A stretch of 59,833 nucleotides of DNA from Octopus bimaculoides (lineage: Eukaryota), in assembly GCF_001194135.2 (NCBI RefSeq), contig NC_068984.1, positions 46,697,719 through 46,757,551 of the forward strand. Reading direction: 5' to 3'. The translations under genes and the position numbers were made by a program. Shown in pieces: positions 25,722 to 36,814 of the stretch. Under the pieces are notes generated by a model. It searched no databases, was not told the origin of the DNA, and worked only from the letters and a program-made list of their open reading frames with translations. The first letter of the stretch is position 1, and every line of letters begins with the position of its first letter.

Positions 25722-25829
25722 CTTTATTTAAAAGCAGCAGAAATATAACAAAAAACTGTTACTCGGAGTTTCACGTTCCCGTTCACCGACTAGCAGTTTT
25801 TGTTATATTTCTGCTGCTTTTAAATAAAG
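25722..25829. repeat. Short foldback: 36-37-bp near-perfect inverted arms around a 35-bp core
   Basis: CTTTATTTAAAAGCAGCAGAAATATAACAAAAAACTG (25722-25758) versus CAGTTTTTGTTATATTTCTGCTGCTTTTAAATAAAG (25794-25829). Confidence 0.95.
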
Positions 25830-26447
25830 CATATTACTCTACCTCTATTATTTGAGTACTCTTTTTTCCACCTTGTTGCACATTTATGTGCTTACTCCGG
25901 TATATATATATATATATATATATGCACGTTTACATATGCACGTGCACACACATATGAACACACATGCACATATACTCAATTCACGTCTGAGAATTGTGTT
26001 CGCTTAAAATTCGTGTTGCGATATAAAAGTAAATAAGCCTGCATGCGCGCGCGGGGGCGTATGTGTGTGAAGATGTTTTGCATTTTCCTAATTTCATCTG
26101 TTGCAAAAACAAATAAAGAACGTCACGAACCATCATTTAAAAAAATTTGTCATAGCAATGCAATCTGCCTGCTTCTTTAGTTAATTTCTCTTACCTAATC
26201 AATGTTATAGTTAAGAAGATATTATTAGCATGGTTAGTTAAAATGATTAATTTTATGCTTTCACTTTCTGTTGCATTCTAAATTTTTCCATTGTTTTATG
26301 CATTTCAATAATCTCAAAATGGCTGACGTTGTAATATTTTCATTATCTTCTTATCACTTTGATGCTTTACGGTTTTTGCAATTCTTTTCATGTGTATATT
26401 TTCTTTATCTTTATCTTGTTTTTACTTCTTGTATAGTTCATTGACCA

Positions 26448-26490
26448 TTCTTCTTCTTCTTCTTCTTCTTCTTCTTCTTCTTCTTCTTCT
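26448..26490. repeat. (TTC)n microsatellite
   Basis: Direct inspection. Confidence 0.98.
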
Positions 26491-26615
26491 TGACAGTTAA
26501 TTTTGTCATTATTTCTTCTTCCCTAAAATATCTTACGCATTATTCCTTTTTATACTACATTACTAACATATCATCATTATTGTCATTATACATCACAAAA
26601 ATAAGTTGGTGTACA

Positions 26616-26765
26616 GGCAGAATCGATAGCACGCTGGTCTGTATGCTTAGCGGCATTTCGTCTGTCTTTACGTTCGGAGTTCAAATTCTTCCGCGGCTGA
26701 CTTTGCCTTTCATCCTTTCGGTGTCGATAAGCACCAGTTGAGCGCTAGGGTGGATGTAATAGACT
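26616..26765 (+). mobile_element. SINE copy (GGCAGAATCG...GTTCAAATT...GTCGATAA family)
   Basis: Aligns with copies at 26906-27073 (-) and 32858-33065 (+). B-box-like GAGTTCAAATT. Confidence 0.8.
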
Positions 26766-26905
26766 GAATTTTTCCCTTGTACTTGCTATCCTTCTGGCAA
26801 AATTCGGTACCGTTATATATCACAATAATGTCGATTTATGATATTATTATTTATAACAGTGGTTTCAAATGTTGGTACAAGGCTACCAATTTTCAGGGCG
26901 GGTAA

Positions 26906-27073
26906 CATGTCAATTACATCGACCCTAGCATTCAACTGGTACTTATTTTATCGACCCCCGAAAGGAAGAGAGGTAAAGGTGATCTCGGCGGAATTTGAAC
27001 CTAGAATACAAAGAGGGACGAAAATTCGTAAGCATTTTGTCCGATATGTCAACGATTCTGCATATTCGCCGCC
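26906..27073 (-). mobile_element. SINE copy, same family, inverted
   Basis: Reverse complement GGCGGCGAATATGCAGAATCGTT...GGTTCAAATTCCGCCGAG...GGGTCGATAAAATAAGTACCAGTTG. Confidence 0.8.

Positions 27074-27074
<1 letters not shown>

Positions 27075-27140
<66 letters not shown>
27075..27140. repeat. (AAT)n microsatellite
   Basis: Direct inspection. Confidence 0.98.
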
Positions 27141-27142
<2 letters not shown>

Positions 27143-30100
27143 TCAATAACAAGAGCACAAACCTCCACCAAGGCAACGCTAATGATTATCCAGATGACTT
27201 TTAAAATGAGAATATGTGAAATAAACTCGACTGCTCTCGCAAAAGAGAATACTACGAATGAACCCGACTGCTCTTACAAATATATTGAATAAAAAAAACG
27301 GAAAAAATAATCCAGAATCCTTGTCCAGTACCTGACCGACCCCAATGGTAGTCATGTAATGTGAAGGTGGCTTTAGAAAATGTAGTAACAATAATAAATA
27401 ATTTATCCTTACTAATAAAAGCTAAAGTTAACAAATTCACCATTCAAAATAGTTTCAAAGGCGGAGGCAATAATAAGTTCTACTCAGGAATTTGTAAATG
27501 AATAGCATGAGATCTTTTGGTTTTCTCTCCTCTTAAATTCCGGCCTTCCTTTAGTATTTCTGTTCTTTTAGGCCGATGTTTCATACGAATCCATACAGCA
27601 GAAATTCACAAGCAATTCAAAAGAACTGCCCATATCCTACGTAAAATACTGTCTATGTAATCTCAAATTTTAAAAGAAACTTATAAATTTCTTAGGTTCT
27701 TTTTACACATTCTCTAGAACAATACTATGTGCAAAACCAAATATATGACACCCTAGGCATAACACCAACCTGAACTTCTAACTTATCGTCTCTTGAGGTC
27801 TCTAGGTGAGACTTGGAGTCAACTTGTACAAATACAAAGCAAAAATCAAATATATAATAATAATAACAAAGGCAGTAGAATTTATCATGATGATATAGAT
27901 GAATTATAGAGATGTACTTGTATAGCGAGTGACCTGATCTGAGATCGTGTGCTGAAACAAAAACAATTGTAGCGTGGAAGGTGTTTATAAGCCATTTAAA
28001 AACAAACAAAACCTTTAGATTCACTTCAACATTTAAATTTAATTTATCAACATATTTTCGTCGCTTTGACACCGCGACCTGATCACTGACAAAATTCCGT
28101 GCTTCATCTGAGAAAGATATAGATGAAAAATCCAATATCAGGATGCTGGCGGCTCTGATAATTTTTATAACTCTTCGTCGTTGTTATGATCACTATATAA
28201 TCATGTGGACCTATAAATCCTGTGACGGCATTTTAGTTTTTCTCTTCATCTATATTTCTCACTGCAACCACATTCGCCACCCACTTGAATCAATTCAAAT
28301 TCTCTAAATGTTTCTATAAAAGAAGATAAAGAAATAAAAAGAAGATTCAATGAATAGCTACAGGTGAATTATATTATCAAACATTTTGTGAATTTTTTGT
28401 TTATTTCTGTATTTCTGTCAAATAGAAATTTGCACGAATTGGACCGATTGCTGTTTAGTTTGTAATACGTGATGTTATAGCAAATGAGAAACTTGTTAAT
28501 CTAAACTGTTTTTCTCTCTTCTTCCACATAACTTCTTAAAATTTTAGAAAAATCATTACGATAATAAGAATATGCCGAGAAAAATAAAAATAAATGAAAT
28601 TGTAAAGTATTAATCAAATAAGCAAGTAGACGCAAACATTCCTAGAAAGATAAACGAGGCAAAGAGAAAATAAAAACTAGTTAAACTGTGATGCTTATAG
28701 AATCAAGCAACGCAGTTAGTTACAGCTATTGTAGGAGGGAACAGTAACAATCATCAACACAGACATCTCGAAGTCATAAATTACGAAGGTCAGCTACAAG
28801 AAACAATTTCAAGATTGAGAAATATTTATATGGAAAACGAAAATAAAGAGATATGTAAACATGCAACCGGAGAAAAATTTACATATACTGGCAAGCACAT
28901 GCACATACAAACACGCAGCTCGTCTATGCATATATGTGTGTGTGTGTATGTGTCTGTGTGTATGTATGTGCATACATGCACACAAGCTCATATATATATA
29001 TACATAGATAGGGAGAAAGAGAAATAGGGAGAGTGAATGTGTGTGAGAGAGAGAGGGAGAGAGAGAGTTGGGTGAGACATCAACAAAAATACACAGTTAC
29101 AAAGTTTTATTTATGATAATAACCAGAAAACCAGTTTAACTTCGAGAGGCGTTGCATTAAACATGAATACAATTCAACTATGAATGAAAAACAATCTTTA
29201 GAAAACTATAAAACTCAAGACAAATTTGAGAAAAGTTAATTAATCATACACTTTAAAAAATATTTAAGCATTTATTTTTGTTTTCTATTTAGATTCAAAG
29301 GAAGTTTAATCTCAGAGAGAGATAATATCTATTGACGTATTACATCTACGGAGCACAATGGATTATGTTTTCTTAATCAAATTAACTTGGTGATTTATTT
29401 TATTTATGAATATTATTCACTGTGTGTTTCTGCTTTTGTTATTTCTCATTTTGTTCTTGCTGTTATTGTTTATATTTATAATAAATAACATGTTTGTTTC
29501 TTCCTGAACAGATAGCATGTAAGTGCAAAATGTTTGAATTTTCTGAAAATAAAAATGTTCGATCTTTTTTGATCTGGTGTCGTTTATTTTAAATCTGGGG
29601 CAGATTCCAGTGGCTTTTTACGATGGCAATAAATATTTGCAATCATTGGACATGTGGCAGTGGAGTATTTCATTTGATTACTTATTAGTGTAACTAGAAT
29701 TTGGACAAAGATTTGAGAATTTCCAGCTATGATTTGTGGGTTTCTATGTGGGCCACAAAATTAATGAGGTATATAGAGGAGAATGAATGCTAACTTATAC
29801 AAAAAATTCACCTTGGAGTCTAAGTAAATGTCCACAGCCTCTTGGCAGTAGGTGTCAAATTTAGAGACAATTTTAAAAGACACATATGATCATCATTAAG
29901 ACATGCTTAATCATTTCGCTATGCTAAATAAAATTTTATCGAGTACATAAATATAAGAAAAGGTTTGATCATAACCACTGAAATTAAATAATGTCTATAA
30001 CAAACAAAATAATTTTATTGACTGTTGTAGACTTTGAAGCAAAATTTGAAAGCAAATTGGCATTACATATGAGCATATGTAAAAACAGAAAGCAAGAAAA

Positions 30101-30179
30101 TCCGTTGAGGTAGCAGACATGACACTCTTGAAATGAAAGAGAAAGTTGGTCTAGTACAATTTTGAGTTGAAAATACAAT

Positions 30180-30930
30180 GGATACGGACCGACGGATTTC
30201 CCGTTGTTAAATTAAAACAATTGACAGTGAGAGGAAAGAAATATTTTGCGGGAGATGGATGCATGCAATCAAGATGAAGTTGGTATAAAAACTTTAATCT
30301 CATAGCCAATATGGGCGAGTATTGGAAAGTGATCTATCATGGAACATGCTGTGAAAATAGAACGAATTAGTTTTGACAGCGGTGTACTAATTAATAACAG
30401 ACGGTCATATCAACCAGCCGGGTCAGTTCTTCTGATATTATTCACGGTTGGTGACAGAGGTGAGAAGCAGTACTTTGGATTTTCACTCTAAAACATACAT
30501 GTTTGAACAAGCAATGTTATCTGGAACTGATGCAAGGGGACCAAAGCTCTTATGCATACGATAAGACGACGACGGCCGCTATGGAAGTCTAGGAGGCCCA
30601 GTTATACCTACGATATAAATGCCTATAGAATTCTCCCCACAGTATACTGCCGCAGTACTTCCATAAGGAGAGGATGAGCCTATCGGTGAAAACATGTTGC
30701 AAATGTTTCGAAACATATTCCAATAAATCATTTGGAAATTTCTACAAAGCAAGAACGAATCGTAGCAGTAAATGCGGATACCAACTCTACACTGTCTTTT
30801 GTTAAACAAACTTTAGCTTGATGAGAGAACCAAACCTCTAGACCCTCAAATATCCCATTCCTTGTCAAGGACCATATGCTAAACTTTACCTCAAAACACT
30901 CTATTATGCTCACCTGCCCAGGTACTTTTG
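30180..30930 (+). mobile_element. Very old LINE (CR1-like) remnant
   Basis: GC-elevated segment with only scattered resemblance to CR1 ORF2 C-terminal peptides and no intact motif. Confidence 0.3.
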
Positions 30931-31719
30931 CTAACACATATGAGGAGAGTTAAAAAGATAATATAATGTTGCAGTTTTTATGTAATCCAGGCAGTTCTTT
31001 GCCGAAACGAGTGTATACTTTACAAAATAATTAGGCTATCGTATGGCATTCCGTACACTAGGCAGTCTTGTCGCTTCATGCCCCGTGTCATATATCACCG
31101 TATGTAAGATAGCAGTGTGGAATCTATTACTGAGCCCCAACTTAACACACACACATGCACGCACGTGTGTGTGCGTATCAGAAAAGTGGCATATATTACA
31201 CAGTGTTTGCGAAATGCCACAGCCCTATTAATATTAGTCATTTCTTTGTAGAATGTTACATATGTGTATTCCTTTGACACTCAGCTGGTAAATTCACGGA
31301 AATGCACCAATCAATGATTTATATATATTCTGATAATGTATTAATAATTGAGTATTTACGCCAGCAGAAGTTAGATTTCAAGAAATTTAACAGTTTCTGT
31401 TTTTTTACTGATATCCAATATAGACTAAAATTGGGTTCCATGAATATTTAAATTTCTCAAACTTCAAGTTCTTCAACCAAATGGAAAGAAAAATATCGAT
31501 TTTCTCTTACACTACACAATCATTTTCTAAAACCGTTTACGAACCTTACCATTTATTATTTACCAGTATAAGACCACTACTGCTCCATTTGAGTTTTAGA
31601 TGCTTAATCCACGAAATAGCGGTTTTACTGATTTTTAAATTGTCCGGTTATAATATTTCAGTTGGTGAACGTGTTCTTTCTGCTTTTATAGTTTATTTAT
31701 GAGTTTTACAATAACTGAC

Positions 31720-31809
31720 CTGGGCCACCCACCGGCCATATTTCGATTACTATCCCATAATAAGCCTCTTGTAGTACATATCTGTCACACTTTATCCTTC
31801 TTGCTTCAG
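31720..31809 (-). CDS. Candidate internal exon (AEARRIKCDRYVLQEAYYGIVIEIWPVGGP)
   Basis: Strong donor CCCAG|gtcagt, modest acceptor ttaatttatgaag|, 90 nt open frame, phase 1 to 1. Confidence 0.4.
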
Positions 31810-32632
31810 CTTCATAAATTAACTCTTCTTAGTATTTCTTTAGGTAAATAATTTATGGAAGTCACATTACGATTTTTCTCATTTCCTGAGCAATCTTTTA
31901 TATCCCAAAGCAATTAAAATATAGATTGTTCATGCAATGATTTCATTTTCCATGACGATTGCTTGAGTAAGACCGTATTACAGCAACCCGTCAAACTGTT
32001 GCCATGCTTAACTGTGACAAATTTCGGCGTATACATTCAACATAGACTTAACCACTTCGTTTCACTTACTTCTTGTGACAGAGATTTCTAACCGTAGTCC
32101 ATAATCTCATTTCCGTCACGGTGTTTTACTCTCTGCATACTTCACAATTACGAACGAAAGGACGACCAGCATTTTACAGACAGGTGCAGGGATGGTAACT
32201 TCATGAGTATGAACATTAACACCTACACCACTGACGGGAGTGGTTCAACCAGTAAGTTAGGAGAACTATCACATTCACTAAAATGGAAGAGCAGCTAGAA
32301 CCCGATAACCAAGCATTAACAAGATCTCACACACATTAGCTAGAACAAGCTGAACAATATGGCAACATTTTTAATGGAGACAAGGAATTGTATATGAAAC
32401 GATAGCACCTAAGAATTTAAGGTTATTCTGAAATAAAATATTATGCAGCAAAAATGAACGTTTGTTATACAAAATAAGAACAATAATGAATCAGAAGCGA
32501 AACGGCTAGTAAACTATACGTAAAATATGTATGCACAATTTCGAGGAAGGCTTTAAAAGACCTTACGATGCTTTCGAACACAATACCCAACAAAATGTCG
32601 CAGGGGCCTTTAGGAATCCTTAAAATCATTAC

Positions 32633-32737
32633 CTGATTCAATCTTTTGAAGAGTAAGTTGACCTATTCTCCTGTTTCCTATGCTGCATGACATGGCCATA
32701 TTAAAAGTATGTTGTGTAGCTGCTCGTAGTCTGGGAT
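32633..32737 (-). CDS. Candidate internal exon (DPRLRAATQHTFNMAMSCSIGNRRIGQLTLQKIES)
   Basis: Acceptor aatgttttatgcag|, donor TCAG|gtaatg, 105 nt open frame, phase 1 to 1. Confidence 0.4.
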
Positions 32738-32857
32738 CTGCATAAAACATTATTTGCTTTCTTAATGAACTCAGATGTCTGTGTTTGCAATTGATGCCAT
32801 CAACATTTCTCGAAATTGTAGAGATGCACGCATTCACACACGCCTCATTTGTATTGA

Positions 32858-33065
32858 AGCGGCGAGCCGGTAGAACCGCTAGTACACCGAACAAAATGAT
32901 TACCAGCATTTAGTCCTGGTTTACGTGCTAAAATGCGGCCAAGGTCGGCGAGTCCTTTCATCCTTTCGAAGTCGATAAAACAGGTGGCTATCAAGTATTG
33001 GGGTCGATGGTATCGACTTCCCCTCTGCCCAGAAATGACTGGACCACTGCCAAAATTTGAAAGCG
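32858..33065 (+). mobile_element. SINE copy (same family as 26616)
   Basis: GGCGAGCCGGTAGAACCGCTAGTACACCG...CCTTTCATCCTTTCGAAGTCGATAAA...GGGGTCGATGGTATCGAC. Confidence 0.75.
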
Positions 33066-35846
33066 TTATCATTATCTTTATTCTTAAATCAGTGAGACAC
33101 CCAATCGTAACAGCACCGGAAAGAAACTGTTTACCTTTCATTCTTCAGTGTTAAAAAAGAGAGTACGCGTCAAATATTGGGGATAATGATTTGGTTAAAC
33201 CTTTCCCATAAAATTGTTGCCCTTTTACTAGCATTTTAAGCCATAATTATAGCGTTTGGATAAAGGTAGAGACATACATAATTTTGTTCCAAGATTATGC
33301 ATAAGACAGAATGTAATCCAGAACGATAAAATTCGCGCCAGACATCAATGAAACTTTCCAGTCTGCACATAACTATATTCTAATATATGCGATACGTCAT
33401 TGAATAAGAATATATAATTTATATATTGGCACCGTTTAGTATTTAGCAAGTTAGTTTGTGTCTTTTAATTGATTATGTAGAAGAGAATAGGTTTATAAAG
33501 AGAAGTTAGAACATGTAAGCCGGGAAATAGATTAGCAAAATCCATTTTGGTCTAGTGTACTCTCAAAGGGGATTAAACTCAGTGCCACTATCTACCGCAA
33601 CACTCGTGTGTTTCTCCGTACCCTCGCCATAAACATAAACGATGATATATATCTATAGATGTATTCAATCGTTGGATAATAAAGAAATATCTTGCGTATA
33701 AAAATTAGGGAAATGCTGGTTGCAACATAGAAGTGTCGATGGAAGAGCTGCAATTAATCTCGACTGTCGAATAAATTTATATGTGGAAAATATACAATGT
33801 ACCGAGTGTACATAATTTTATTAAATATTTTGGAATATTATGCAAGCATGTTATATCTTCATAATCCTTTGCGAAATATATATTTTAGCAAATGAATAAC
33901 AAAGTACAGGCAAAGTGAAATAAACGTACACATATATTTCCAGAATTAAATATTCGACTTGCTCTATAGCTAACAATATTCTGATCGTCAATAGACGAAT
34001 ATTCTTAGTCACATTGCTCAGCGATTTAAATATTCTCAATTCAGTAATAATTGGTTGGGAATACCGACCAAACGTATCATTATATCTTCATTATGATACA
34101 AATCAAAACGTATGCATTTTACGTGACTCACGCTATGCAAACCCCAAAACTAAGGAATATAATCTTATACAAAATTCTGTTTCCAAGAAAATTGTCATAG
34201 CTGTATATCTTAATTTGTTCTTAATTCTGAATATCTCTCGTCATGTAATATCTGAAGATTACATGACGAGCACAAAAATTCAAAATAATTTGCAGTTTTA
34301 TCTTACGGCTCTTTCAACTGAAAATGTCATTGAAGATTAGAAAATAAGTCTTTTCCTGCCCAATTATTTTTGGCGTATCAAACTCTTAGTATTTACCTAT
34401 TCTCCGTTCATTTTTTAAAACTATTGTATGTAATATCAATAAACAGGTACTCCTATGGATGTCGTCCTTATTGTTTATGCAATTTCATCTTGCAGGCATT
34501 TTGTTATGTTTCGTTCTCGTCGACGTTTTTAAGGAGGTCGGTTTGAATGTACTTGTCTTCGTGTTCTTTAGCACACATATAATCCAAATAATTAACTCAG
34601 TATCAACATATCAATATTACCTTCATTCGGCAGGGCAACTGACTACAATCGAAGTAATCCCAACCGGAAACCGGATTTGGATACCTGCAACTGAGCAGGT
34701 CCTAATAAAGGCAGCTAAGATGCACAAATTGCTGCTAGGGTAGGCAACGGATTAATTTTAATCAAATGAATATCACCGAATTTAGCTTATATGCCCTTGG
34801 TCATTCCGAATCTATGTTAGAATATAAAGCTATGTTAAAATATAAAGCTATGTTAGAATATAAAGCTGTCATTGAATATGCTGTTACAGTAGTCATCAGA
34901 GTGATCATTTAGCAAAAACGGTAGAGAGATTATAAAGAATTGCATGCAAAGTATATGTTCACATAGCGGGTTAAATAGCCACTTCATGGTGTTTATAAGA
35001 ATAGGGACGTTAAAGCTAAGTTTATTTCATCCATACCTCACTTTAATAGTTGCTCAAATTCATTCCCATTGCATTGTGCGAAAGTGCATACATATGCATG
35101 TAAACATCTTGAGAGTCTTTCAGAAATTCTATTAATGACATTCTCATTGGTCCACAAAGTAGACAAGGATTCCTTGGAGCAGAGTCAGCATCTCTTGGCA
35201 AAGATATTATATGTTTTCCCGTGCCTATGGACCAAGTTACGTTTAATTCTATCTTCCTTAATTCGCCATACAAAATCGACCAACGATGTTGAATGTGTCT
35301 TATTGACATAAGCTGCGTGATATGGTTGTGATAAACCAATCTTGAATGAATCAGCTGTTGACCCATAGTTATTTAACTCGCTATGTAAACGCATGTTCAC
35401 CAAACAACACGTGCACGTACGCTTACATATTCGTCGGTGTTTGCAAGAGCGAGTATACATGCATCACACAATCTATGCGAGGGCGTTTATACATCCATAT
35501 CCGTTAACGGTTATATTCAATACTCTGTTCACTGTATTGCATGCTGGTTTCTTTTTAACATTTGTTATTCTATTATTGATCTTCGTTATAAATGAAGCTA
35601 TATCCTTTAATTTGCTGCATTTCTTCACAAGAATTGAGAAGACACATTGCGGAACTCTCATTTTAACGGTTTGCACCTGTTTATCACGCGAAGAGACATA
35701 TCTGCACTGTCGGATGATCCTGAACCAGTTGGTAAGTATTCCACCTGTGAAGGATAGATGCTAGATGTGTCGAAACAATTGTGGCGATCTATAAAAGTCT
35801 CATGTATTTCATCTTCCTCCTCTCATTAATCACACACACACACACA

Positions 35847-35902
<56 letters not shown>

Positions 35903-36765
35903 NNNNNNNNNNNNNNNNNNNNNNNNNNNNNNNNNNNNNNNNNNNNNNNNNNNNNNNNNNNNNNNNNNNNNNNNNNNNNNNNNNNNNNNNNNNNNNNNNN
36001 NNNNNNNNNNNNNNNNNNNNNNNNNNNNNNNNNNNNNNNNNNNNNNNNNNNNNNNNNNNNNNNNNNNNNNNNNNNNNNNNNNNNNNNNNNNNNNNNNNNN
36101 NNNNNNNNNNNNNNNNNNNNNNNNNNNNNNNNNNNNNNNNNNNNNNNNNNNNNNNNNNNNNNNNNNNNNNNNNNNNNNNNNNNNNNNNNNNNNNNNNNNN
36201 NNNNNNNNNNNNNNNNNNNNNNNNNNNNNNNNNNNNNNNNNNNNNNNNNNNNNNNNNNNNNNNNNNNNNNNNNNNNNNNNNNNNNNNNNNNNNNNNNNNN
36301 NNNNNNNNNNNNNNNNNNNNNNNNNNNNNNNNNNNNNNNNNNNNNNNNNNNNNNNNNNNNNNNNNNNNNNNNNNNNNNNNNNNNNNNNNNNNNNNNNNNN
36401 NNNNNNNNNNNNNNNNNNNNNNNNNNNNNNNNNNNNNNNNNNNNNNNNNNNNNNNNNNNNNNNNNNNNNNNNNNNNNNNNNNNNNNNNNNNNNNNNNNNN
36501 NNNNNNNNNNNNNNNNNNNNNNNNNNNNNNNNNNNNNNNNNNNNNNNNNNNNNNNNNNNNNNNNNNNNNNNNNNNNNNNNNNNNNNNNNNNNNNNNNNNN
36601 NNNNNNNNNNNNNNNNNNNNNNNNNNNNNNNNNNNNNNNNNNNNNNNNNNNNNNNNNNNNNNNNNNNNNNNNNNNNNNNNNNNNNNNNNNNNNNNNNNNN
36701 NNNNNNNNNNNNNNNNNNNNNNNNNNNNNNNNNNNNNNNNNNNNNNNNNNNNNNNNNNNNNNNNN

Positions 36766-36814
<49 letters not shown>

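Noticed and set aside
27766-27818. Minus-strand candidate exon VDSKSHLETSRDDKLEVQ
   Set aside because: It ends in phase 0 while the next candidate exon starts in phase 1, and the acceptor is AAG. Unsupported without a bridging exon.
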